Shown here: positions 18,926-26,473 of the stretch, piece by piece
Numbering within the stretch: the first letter of the stretch is position 1
Layout of the letters: every line of letters begins with the position of its first letter
DNA from: Chloroflexota bacterium
Lineage (GTDB): Bacteria > Chloroflexota > Dehalococcoidia > SHYD01 > JACQUQ01
Assembly: GCA_016210175.1 (NCBI GenBank)
Contig: JACQUQ010000025.1
Coordinates: forward strand, 142-64,141
Reading direction: 5' to 3'
Length of the DNA: 64,000 nt
Position numbers and translations under genes: made by a program
The notes under the pieces: model-generated
Told to the model about the DNA's origin: nothing
Databases searched by the model: none
The model's input: the letters and a program-made list of their open reading frames with translations, nothing else

Positions 18926-19993
18926 TCACGCCGCTGCGCCTCGCAGGGCGGCGTCCGGTCCGGCGGTATCGCCCTGCTCGACGACATCGAATGCGCCGGA
19001 GTCCAGGTCGAGGACCACTACGGACGTGCGCAGCACCTCACGCTGGATCTCGGTGTTCTCGTCATCGCTCTCGACGGGGACCAGCTCTTTGCGCGTGCGG
19101 CCTTTGACCAGCACCCGCCGCCCGCCTTGCTGCAGCACGACGTTGTTGAGGAGGCCGGCCGCGATAAGGAGGGCAAGATGGCCGCGTCGCAGCGGCATGA
19201 GGGGCCGGACCGGCCGTTCGGCGGGCGGCCATAGCTGTTCAGCAAACGCGGGCTGGACCCAGACCCCGCGCCGTCGGGCCTCCTGCGCTGCGAGCGCGGG
19301 GTCGAAGGCCAGCGGCGCAAAAAGGACATCGGTCCGCGGCAGCGCCGGCGCGACCAGCGGCGGCGTTGCCGGGCCATCGGGCAGCGGCGGCAACGCCCGG
19401 ATGCTCCACGACTCCAGTTGCGCCTGCGCCTCCCCGTCAGGTATGGCCTGAGCCTTCTTCACGGCCAGCAGCACCATTTGCTGAAAGGCGGCGAACTCCG
19501 GGTCCGGGAAGCGGTAGACCCGGAAACCGGTGTAATGCGCCGCCAGATAGCGTGCCGAGACGGCGAGCCGTGCCTGCGGGATGACGAACACCAGGACCCC
19601 GCCCGGACACAGCGCCCGTGACAGACTGGTGAGGAAGGCATGCTCGAGCCGGCGTTTTTCGTCGTCATAGTCGTAGGGCGGGTTCAAGTACAGGCACGAA
19701 AACGCGCCGTTGGCCAGCCGGACGGAGAACGCGCTGGTGGCGAGGAGGTGGTCAAGCCGGGCCCGGCACGCCTCCGCCCGCTCGTCGTTGATCTCGATGC
19801 CGTAGCTCTCGCCACCGAGGGCCTGCGCGAGGGCGGACACCGGCTCGCCGGTGCCCGCGCAAGGGTCAAGGAGGCGGACAACGCGCCTCCGGTCAGTTGG
19901 CGTGGCCGCATGCAACAGGTGACTGAGCGCGGTCACCACACGCGGCGGCGTGGGGAAGAACCCCGCTACGGCCTGACTTTCGAGGCGAGACAT
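18926..19993 (-). CDS. Orphan SAM-dependent DNA methyltransferase (N6-adenine type, NPPY)
   Basis: 355 aa with LLDPCAGTGEP (motif I) and YLNPPYDYD (motif IV). No adjacent endonuclease was recognised. Confidence 0.8.
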   Translation of the reverse strand: MSRLESQAVAGFFPTPPRVVTALSHLLHAATPTDRRRVVRLLDPCAGTGEPVSALAQALGGESYGIEINDERAEACRARLDHLLATSAFSVRLANGAFSCLYLNPPYDYDDEKRRLEHAFLTSLSRALCPGGVLVFVIPQARLAVSARYLAAHYTGFRVYRFPDPEFAAFQQMVLLAVKKAQAIPDGEAQAQLESWSIRALPPLPDGPATPPLVAPALPRTDVLFAPLAFDPALAAQEARRRGVWVQPAFAEQLWPPAERPVRPLMPLRRGHLALLIAAGLLNNVVLQQGGRRVLVKGRTRKELVPVESDDENTEIQREVLRTSVVVLDLDSGAFDVVEQGDTAGPDAALRGAAA

Positions 19994-20128
19994 ATCGTTC
20001 TACCCCCCAGTCTCAATTTGATCGTACATTGGGGCGGTTGGCGTTCGGCCATCCGCAGCGGTGCAGCGCTCCACTGAGAAATTCATGGCTCCCCTGTTGT
20101 CGGTTCAACCTCGGCTGCCAAACTTGTG

Positions 20129-20157
20129 TTGACAGAGAGCGCGCGGTCTGCTAAGAA
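20129..20157 (+). promoter_or_regulatory. Sigma70-like promoter candidate for the Xre/RES pair
   Basis: TTGACA, 17-nt spacer, TAAGAA. Lies about 60 nt upstream of GTG 20217. Confidence 0.4.
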
Positions 20158-20216
20158 GAAAGAGAGGCTCCCGTTTCCGAGTATTCCGGAGCCACCCTGT
20201 CCCAGGAGGACTGCTC

Positions 20217-20582
20217 GTGCATGCGACTTCTGCTTCGCTGCTCGACATGACGCCCCGCCAGGCGCTGGCCGCCTTGCAGGAGGGGATGGGCTTATCTGAA
20301 GAGGAGTTGGCGGAAGCCCTGGGGACCAGCCGCCGGACGCTGCAGCGCTGGCGGGCGGGGACTGCGTATCCGCAGCAGTTGGCGCGCCAGCGGCTTGCCG
20401 GACTGCTGCACCTGCAGCAGCGGGTCCGAGAGACCTTCGAAGGCCCGGATGCGGTGCGCCAATGGTTCCACGGTCAGAGCCGCTATCTCGGGGGCATTAC
20501 TCCTGCTGAGGCCGTGCGTGTCGGGCGGCTGGACCGAGCGGAAGCAGCCCTGGAAGCGCTCGACTCCGGCATCTTCCTGTAG
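20217..20582 (+). CDS. Xre-like antitoxin with DUF2384 toxin-binding domain (ParS/MbcA-like)
   Basis: 121 aa. GTG start with AGGAGG 7 nt upstream. HTH-like N-terminus. C-terminal WFHGQSRYLGGITPAEAVRVGRLDRAEAALEALDSG is typical of DUF2384. Confidence 0.8.
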   Translation: MHATSASLLDMTPRQALAALQEGMGLSEEELAEALGTSRRTLQRWRAGTAYPQQLARQRLAGLLHLQQRVRETFEGPDAVRQWFHGQSRYLGGITPAEAVRVGRLDRAEAALEALDSGIFL

Positions 20583-20594
20583 GGTTGCCGCCGC

Positions 20595-21152
20595 TTGCCT
20601 GCGCCCTCCGGCTGGAATGCGCGAACGGCCATTGCCAACGTCCATCCAGGACCGTGGAGCGGACCGGCCTGGCGGTTTCACCGTCGCACCTACGCCGCCA
20701 CCGACTCCGGCGGCTCACTGGTGGTGTCGGGCCGGTATCACCGTGCGGCGGACCAGTTCCCACGGTCCCAGGTGTGGGCGGCGCTCTACCTCGCGCTCGG
20801 TCCTGAAGTCTCCCTCGCCGAGGTCCTCCGGCACTTCACTCCTCCGCTCTTGCCCCAGCTCAATGAGTACCGACTGAGCGAACTGGCAGTCGAGCTGGGG
20901 GCCGTCCTGGACTGCCGCGACGCGGCTGCCCTCGGCCTGTCTCCAGGGGCCCTGGTCCGGGACTACGACTTCACGCTGACACAAGAGATCGCCGCGGCGG
21001 CGATTGCGCACGGGGCGGAGGGAATCCTGGTCCCATCAGCGACGGCGCTGGGCGATAATCTGGTGGTCTTCCCGGCACAACTTCGCAGCACCTCCAGGCT
21101 GACCGTGGTCGGTGGCCGGGACCCGCGCCTCTATGTTCCCCGCCCGGAGTGA
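20595..21152 (+). CDS. RES-domain toxin (ParT/MbcT-like NAD+-targeting enzyme)
   Basis: 185 aa with WRFHRR, SGRYHR, ALYLALGPEVSLAEVLRH and ILVPSA, which fit the R-E-S signature. The TTG start 13 nt after the antitoxin stop is uncertain. Confidence 0.8.
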   Translation: MPAPSGWNARTAIANVHPGPWSGPAWRFHRRTYAATDSGGSLVVSGRYHRAADQFPRSQVWAALYLALGPEVSLAEVLRHFTPPLLPQLNEYRLSELAVELGAVLDCRDAAALGLSPGALVRDYDFTLTQEIAAAAIAHGAEGILVPSATALGDNLVVFPAQLRSTSRLTVVGGRDPRLYVPRPE

Positions 21153-21399
21153 AACCCGATGGCATTCAACCAAGGGCTGACTGGAGGAGTGGCTGGTAGG
21201 AGCAGGGATGCCATGGCATGAGGTGGGAAGCGCCGCGCGATTGCTTCCCCGACGGCGGGGGTCCGCGGCCAGCCATTTGCGAGGACGATCCAGAGACTGA
21301 GTACAGGACCTGCAGCCGGGCAAAGCCGCTCGCCGGCGCTACTGGGACACCGGCGCCGCGGCGTTCCCAGCAGCAGGAGACCTGTTCGACGTCGTGCAG

Positions 21400-22059
21400 C
21401 TACCGGGGAAGGCCGGCCCCCGGTCCCGGATCCTTGGAGTCCCCCTCGGGAATATCGATAACTCGCCGCTGGATGGCCTCCGAGATGTCCCTCCGCAAGG
21501 CGTCAGGATCTGGTTGACAGCGATACGCGCTGATCCCCTCAGCCTCCAGTGCGACGGCTTCGCCGGCCTGGAGCGCCCGCTCCCAGAGCCACTGGCGCCA
21601 GCTCACGTGCAGCGGCAGGTCCACCCGCCGGTCCAGGAAACGGAAGTACAGCAGCGACGTCTCCTCCTCCGTGCGCGGCAGGAGCAGGAACGTGTCGAGC
21701 GCCGCCGCATGGCGGGCGGCTTCGGGCAGCAGGACCCATTGATGACCTGCTGCCGCTGGCAGGCTGGCCGCATAGCTGCGCCAGGCCCGCGGCCCCTCCG
21801 GGGCCAGGGCGCAGAACTGGACCTGTCCGGTGGCCTCACGGCTGAGGGTCGCGAGTTCGCCCTTCAGGAGCCGCGCCCACACGGCCTTGAGCGCCTGCTG
21901 CGATCCAAGCAGCGAGACGAACCACAGACGCATGCGGCGAGCCGCCGGATCAGGGTCGGGTTCCCAGGCGAAGGCATCGACACTCGCACTGAAGCCTCCG
22001 GCCTGGAGGAGCGGCAGTGCGCTGGCGTCAGGAACGGAGACCATCAGCGTTCGCCCCAT
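21400..22059 (-). CDS. Hypothetical protein downstream of the E1-like gene
   Basis: The frame is open from 22266 but overlaps the E1 gene above 22136. First ATG below that is 22059 (no clear SD), so the start is uncertain (22059-22131). No recognisable domain. Confidence 0.5.
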   Translation of the reverse strand: MGRTLMVSVPDASALPLLQAGGFSASVDAFAWEPDPDPAARRMRLWFVSLLGSQQALKAVWARLLKGELATLSREATGQVQFCALAPEGPRAWRSYAASLPAAAGHQWVLLPEAARHAAALDTFLLLPRTEEETSLLYFRFLDRRVDLPLHVSWRQWLWERALQAGEAVALEAEGISAYRCQPDPDALRRDISEAIQRRVIDIPEGDSKDPGPGAGLPR

Positions 22060-22135
22060 AGCCACCAGAGCAGGATGCGTCGGTTCGGCATCGGCTTCCT
22101 CCAGGTGAAGGAAAAGATATTGTGTGGCGCCGCCA

Positions 22136-23008
22136 TCATGCCCGCCGCGCCGGGGACACGACGGCGTTGATATGCAGCCCCGCAATTCCGGCCACCGTCT
22201 TCGGGTCAGCCGGGACACAGCGCAGCGTGCCGTCGTCGAGGTCAAAGTAGCTGGCCATCCAGCCACAGTTCCCGGCGAGGAGCTTTTCGACGTAGCTCGC
22301 CATGACCGCCGCCACGACCTGGTTGATCGTCGGCCCCTGGGCGCCCTCGGCTACCGCCTCGGCACAGTCCGGTTCCGGGTGAGGCTCCGGCGGCGTGTCC
22401 AACAGGTCGGGACGTTGCAGGCTCGGCGCCGGGAGCGCACGACAGATGGTCAGGTCCGGCAGGAACGCGCCCCGAAGTCCGTCCGGCTGCGTGACGTTCC
22501 CAAGGAGCACCTGACCGGCGTTGCTCCCGTTGCCCCCGTCCAGCCACCACACGGACTGTGGGGGCGGACGGTAGGCGCCGCTCCAGGACCGGTCCTCCAG
22601 CGTCGCCGCGATGGCCCGGCGGGCGGCGGCGTTATCCACGCAGCCCACCAGCAGCCGGAGCCGGCTGCTGGCATTGCCAAACACCTGGGCGTGCAACTCC
22701 CGGTTGTAGGGCGTGACCGCATAGCCGACCTCCCGGCCGAAGCGGCGCGCCAGGCGCTCCGCCAGCACCTCCGCCTTGAAGCGGCCCTCATCGGCCCGGT
22801 CGAATGCCTGTCGTGCGACGTTGTGCGGCTCGACTCGGTCCATGTCCACGAGGCAGAGCTGCGCCGGCCTTCCGATGAGGAGGCGGCAGACGGCCTCGGC
22901 GAGGAAGCCACCGGTTCCGCCGCAGCCGACCAGCACAATCGTCGCGTCGCGCTCATAGCGGACCGGTGCGAACCCGGCTATGGGAACTGGGTCGATCACA
23001 TACCTCAT
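22136..23008 (-). CDS. ThiF/E1-like adenylating enzyme (PRTRC ThiF-family component)
   Basis: 290 aa. Rossmann motif IVLVGCGGTGGFLAEAV. Directly follows the JAB gene. Confidence 0.85.
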   Translation of the reverse strand: MRYVIDPVPIAGFAPVRYERDATIVLVGCGGTGGFLAEAVCRLLIGRPAQLCLVDMDRVEPHNVARQAFDRADEGRFKAEVLAERLARRFGREVGYAVTPYNRELHAQVFGNASSRLRLLVGCVDNAAARRAIAATLEDRSWSGAYRPPPQSVWWLDGGNGSNAGQVLLGNVTQPDGLRGAFLPDLTICRALPAPSLQRPDLLDTPPEPHPEPDCAEAVAEGAQGPTINQVVAAVMASYVEKLLAGNCGWMASYFDLDDGTLRCVPADPKTVAGIAGLHINAVVSPARRA

Positions 23009-23029
23009 CGTGGTCTCCCTCTCCCTTCC

Positions 23030-23623
23030 TCACCGTTCCAGGTTGGCGTCACGGAATGCGCCGCGCCTCCCGTCGAAGACGGCGCCCCACGGCAGGGGAA
23101 AGAAGTAGCCGTAGACGCCGACCCGCAGTGAGACTTCGGGCCGGTCCTCATCGAGCCGGCCGAGCACGCCGTACAGACCAAATCCCTGCTCATCGGCGTC
23201 ATCGGTTGGACTGAACACGGCAGGGTACCGGTGGTGGGAGTGGACCGCCAGCACGACGTCCGGGAACCGCTCGTACAGCACGTTCATGGACCCGGCGATC
23301 TGCCGAGGCGCCACGAGCCGGTAGCCGGAGCCTTCATGGTGCGTGACCGCGAGGAGCAGTTCCTGCCCGCGTGCACTGAACAGCCGGGCAGCGGCGGTGA
23401 TGTCCTCCCAGACCGCCTGCGGGATCCTCCCACCGCGGAGGAAGAACCGCGGCCCAAGGGGCGGCAGCCCGCGGACCTGCGCCAGCGCGACGGGCATGCG
23501 TACCTCCAACGCGTCATTTTCGGTGACGAGATACAGTCCGTCGCCGGCCAAGACATAGTCGTAGGCGTCGCCGCTCCGCGGCGGGAGCCCGTCACGGGCG
23601 ATGAGATAATCGACCAGGGGCAC
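23030..23623 (-). CDS. JAB/MPN+ (JAMM) metallopeptidase (PRTRC protein A-like)
   Basis: 197 aa. HSHHRYPAVFSPTD matches HxHx7Sx2D exactly. Upstream Glu in THHEGSG. GTG start 2 nt after the E2-like stop. Confidence 0.85.
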   Translation of the reverse strand: MPLVDYLIARDGLPPRSGDAYDYVLAGDGLYLVTENDALEVRMPVALAQVRGLPPLGPRFFLRGGRIPQAVWEDITAAARLFSARGQELLLAVTHHEGSGYRLVAPRQIAGSMNVLYERFPDVVLAVHSHHRYPAVFSPTDDADEQGFGLYGVLGRLDEDRPEVSLRVGVYGYFFPLPWGAVFDGRRGAFRDANLER

Positions 23624-23625
23624 GG

Positions 23626-24363
23626 TCAGCTTCCCAGGCGCAGGGCGTCGGCAACGCGCAGCTGCGGCACCAGGTCATCCAGCGGGTACGCCGGCGCCCC
23701 GCGCAGCTCGGCCCAGAGCTGCCCGATGTCATCGGGGCGCCGCTGGGATTTGCCTCTGGCGGTGTCGCCGGTGGCGGAGAAGTGGGAGCGGAAGAAGTCC
23801 TCCGGGATCTGTGCGGGGTCGGCAGGGAAGAGGTGCGACCCCGGGCAGACCCGGCCGGTCGGGAAAACATTGTACGCCGGGCAATGGTACAGCTGGTCTT
23901 CGACGCTGCGGGGCCGCGCCCTGGCCGCGAAGACGTAGGGCGCCTGCCGGCCCGGCGAGGAGATGAACACCAGCCCGGGCATCGGCAGGCGAAGGCGGCG
24001 GGGCTGGGCGTCGTAACGTTCCCGCAGGCGGACTGTCCACACCCGCGGTTCCCGCCAGAGGGCGATGCGGACACCGCTTGCCGTCTTCGCCCACCAGAGG
24101 GCATCCGGCGGCAGCAGGCCAGACGCGAGGTCCAATTCCCCGGCCAGCGCGTGGGCCACGTCCAGCGCGGATACGAGCTTCGTCCGTACCACGCCGCCCC
24201 CATAGTCGTGGACGACGACGCTCTCCTCGTGAAAGTCAAGGCGCAGGCGGAGCGGGTCCTCCGCGATGCCAGCTTCAGCGGGCAGGACCCACCGGTAGGG
24301 CGACTGGCCCGGACTCGTCGTGGGCGATGGGGACGACGCCGTCCTCGGTGATTTCGCAGGCAT
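23626..24363 (-). CDS. E2/UBC-like protein (PRTRC protein B-like)
   Basis: 245 aa. YHCPAYNVFPTGRVCPG resembles the HPN...C active-site loop of E2 enzymes. ATG 24363 has AAGGAGG 4 nt upstream. It overlaps the upstream gene by 89 nt. Confidence 0.65.
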   Translation of the reverse strand: MPAKSPRTASSPSPTTSPGQSPYRWVLPAEAGIAEDPLRLRLDFHEESVVVHDYGGGVVRTKLVSALDVAHALAGELDLASGLLPPDALWWAKTASGVRIALWREPRVWTVRLRERYDAQPRRLRLPMPGLVFISSPGRQAPYVFAARARPRSVEDQLYHCPAYNVFPTGRVCPGSHLFPADPAQIPEDFFRSHFSATGDTARGKSQRRPDDIGQLWAELRGAPAYPLDDLVPQLRVADALRLGS

Positions 24364-25144
24364 ACAGCCTCCTTGTGCGTTCGTAGGTCAGGTGAGCATC
24401 GCGGCCCAGCGCCGCATCCAGCAGCGCGCGGAAGCGGCCCGGCAGGTCCTCCTCCAGCCACGCGGCGAGCTCCGCAATGCGGTCCAGGATCCCCTTCGCC
24501 CGCTGCCACTGTTCGGCGAGTTCGTGGAGATTGGCGAGCGTCCACTCCGCATCCACGACTTCCATCTCGTCGTCAAGGTCGAGGAAGACGGAGTTGGTGT
24601 CGCCCCAGAGCCAGTCGGCGAACGCCGCAGCAGGCGCGAAGGGGGTAGCATCCAGCCGCTGATGGAGTTCGGCTGGCGCGAGTCCGCCGTCTGGAATCTC
24701 CAAGAGCAGGGAACGTGGAACGTGGGCTTCGCAGGCGTCGAGGATTGGGATGCGGGTGTCGCCGCCGGCGAACGGCTGCTCACAGAGCGCCAGCAGGAGG
24801 AGTTCGCCGGGCCGCAGGCTGGTGTCGTGGAAGCGGTCGTACGACCAGCCGTCGCGGGCGAAGGGGATCCCATAGCTCACCACCGCGTCGTAGTCCTCCA
24901 ACTGGCAGCACGGGAAGTAGTCCCGCTCCACCCGCTCCAGGAAGGCCATGACGCGGGCAATCTCACGGCCGGCTCCGGTCTCCTGGACAGCCAAGATTTC
25001 GGCTGCTGCGTCAGGGAAGACCTCCTCCACGATGCGGCGGAACGCCAGGTACGCCTCATGACGCTCCAGGAGGGCTGCGACGGACACCGGCTGGACCGGC
25101 GTCCGCCGCAGCGCCTGACCCAGAGCGCGCAGGCTGACGGTCAC
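24275..25144 (-). CDS. Hypothetical protein (position of PRTRC protein F)
   Basis: 289 aa. GTG start overlaps the Ubl stop (GTGA). Acidic, with no motif I can name. Confidence 0.6.
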   Translation of the reverse strand: MTVSLRALGQALRRTPVQPVSVAALLERHEAYLAFRRIVEEVFPDAAAEILAVQETGAGREIARVMAFLERVERDYFPCCQLEDYDAVVSYGIPFARDGWSYDRFHDTSLRPGELLLLALCEQPFAGGDTRIPILDACEAHVPRSLLLEIPDGGLAPAELHQRLDATPFAPAAAFADWLWGDTNSVFLDLDDEMEVVDAEWTLANLHELAEQWQRAKGILDRIAELAAWLEEDLPGRFRALLDAALGRDAHLTYERTRRLYACEITEDGVVPIAHDESGPVALPVGPAR

Positions 25145-25548
25145 CGCACCGGCAAGCGGCGCACGGCCTCCACCGCCTGTTTGGTGGCCCGTGCGTAGCC
25201 CTGCGCTTCCGCAACCGCCAGGTTCAGTTCGGGCTGCCGGGCTGCCGCGGCGTCGGGGTCCAGGTCGCCATGCTCGTCCAGGAGTTCGGCCGCCAGTTCC
25301 AGGATGCGAAGCCGTTTCTCCGGGACCCGGCGGATGATGCTCACCACGTCAGGCCGGCCGCGCCTGCCCTTGGTGCCGATGCGCCGCCTGAAGATGTGGA
25401 GGGTGTCGTCGCCCCGCTGCTCCTCGCGGGTCTCGGCGTTGGCCAGCTCCGGGAAGAACTCGGTCAATTGCTTGCGGATCTCTTCGGTGGAGAGCTTGGC
25501 GTCAGGGTCGGGAAACTCCCGCCCGTCATAGACAAAGATGCGCACCAT
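25141..25548 (-). CDS. Ubiquitin-like protein (PRTRC protein C-like) with a 74-aa C-terminal extension
   Basis: 135 aa. GGAGG lies 7 nt upstream of the start. Residues 1-61 (MVRIFVYDGREFPDPDA...HIFRRRIGTKG) have the length and pattern of small beta-grasp Ubls ending in Gly. Residues 62-135 are extra. Confidence 0.65.
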   Translation of the reverse strand: MVRIFVYDGREFPDPDAKLSTEEIRKQLTEFFPELANAETREEQRGDDTLHIFRRRIGTKGRRGRPDVVSIIRRVPEKRLRILELAAELLDEHGDLDPDAAAARQPELNLAVAEAQGYARATKQAVEAVRRLPVR

Positions 25549-25574
25549 CGCAGGACCTCCTCTGGCCGAGGTTT

Positions 25575-26150
25575 CTATCCAAAAAGGGAAAGCTGGTCGG
25601 ACGACGCTGCCCGCCCGCCCGGCTTGGGAGCAGGCGGAGTGGTGGGCGTGTCGGGCGTCGGGTTCGGGTCCGGCACGGGAACGGGGCTAGCGGACTTGCC
25701 CTTACCCCGACGCTGCTCCGGTGAGGCGGTGGCGGGCAGCGTGGAGGGATAGCGCGGCTGCACCTGCCAGCGCGCTGCAGCGTCAGCGAACAGACCGGGC
25801 ACTTGGTCGAGAGCAGCCGACAGGTCAGTGACCTCGACGGACCGCAGCAGCGGATCGCATCCCTCCATACCCACCGCCAGCACTGCCCGGTAGCCTATCC
25901 CAGCCTCCGGCTGGAGGGTGATAACGAGCTTGATCCCGCGCCGGGATTCGGTCGTTGTCGGGACGGCCGGAGTCGCCGTCGGCGCCTCGGCCATGGGCGG
26001 AACCCCCTGCTCCTCCGCGGGAATCCCTTCGTTACGGGTCACGCCGCGGTGCACGGAAATGGGCGACTGCGCGCAGCCGCAGCCGTCAACCGGCTGCGGC
26101 GCCTCGTCACTCGTCAGCAGGCGCTTGCCCTGCTCCTCGGGTGTGTCCAC
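25575..26150 (-). CDS. Pro/Ala-rich protein ending in a beta-clamp-binding-like peptide (PRTRC protein E-like)
   Basis: GTG 26150 has AAGGAG 7 nt upstream (alternative ATG at 25994). The C-terminus is ...GGRAASSDQLSLFG. Confidence 0.6.
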   Translation of the reverse strand: MDTPEEQGKRLLTSDEAPQPVDGCGCAQSPISVHRGVTRNEGIPAEEQGVPPMAEAPTATPAVPTTTESRRGIKLVITLQPEAGIGYRAVLAVGMEGCDPLLRSVEVTDLSAALDQVPGLFADAAARWQVQPRYPSTLPATASPEQRRGKGKSASPVPVPDPNPTPDTPTTPPAPKPGGRAASSDQLSLFG

Positions 26151-26257
26151 GAATGGTCTCCTTCTCGAGTGCGGGGCGGACGTTACCCCATCTGCTGGAT
26201 AATCGCCGCCCCGCACGTCGTGCTTTAGGCTGCGGCCGCCTCAGCTGTGACTTAACC

Positions 26258-26401
26258 CATAATGTGGCCGTGCTGGAAGCATAACTTGGCCGCACTGGGT
26301 CTTTGGGCAGGCTCCGTTCCCCGGGGCCTGGACGAACTCACGCGGTCTCGCTGGAACCATAACCTGGCCGCGAGTCGCGATGGGCATCATAAGCTGGCCA
26401 C
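26258..26401 (+). repeat. Four direct copies of the end-binding motif CATAAnnTGGCC(G/A)C at the tnsAB-proximal end
   Basis: Copies at 26258, 26280, 26358 and 26388. Two are embedded in a 22-mer GCTGGAA(G/C)CATAAC(T/C)TGGCCGC (26272-26293, 26350-26371). Confidence 0.8.
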
Positions 26402-26473
26402 AAATTACCCTCCTCTACCTACCTGTGTTAGCATCAGAGCATTCGGCTACTCGCCTTACTGGAGGAGACCGCG

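Noticed and set aside
20095-20125. GGTTCAACCTC, resembling a tRNA T-loop, considered as a tRNA fragment or att site next to the methylase.
   Set aside because: I could not build an acceptor or anticodon stem around it. No other tRNA-like structure was found near the integrases.
22041-22139. 31-codon ORF (MMAAPHNIFSFTWRKPMPNRRILLWWLWGER) overlapping the E1 stop by ATGA.
   Set aside because: Too short to support from sequence alone. It may simply reflect uncertainty about the start of the 21400.. gene.
23592-24545. 317-aa minus-strand ORF overlapping the E2-like and F-like genes in a third frame.
   Set aside because: Arg/Pro/Gly/Ser-rich with no motifs. The two alternative frames carry SD-preceded starts and fit the operon packing.
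26241-26245. Looked for the 5-bp target-site duplication of the Tn7-like element (left flank tcagc versus right flank cctga at 31817-31821).
   Set aside because: The flanks are not direct repeats. CTCAG (26240-26244) and CTGAG (31818-31822) are inverted, so they more likely extend the terminal inverted repeat. The duplication remains unconfirmed.
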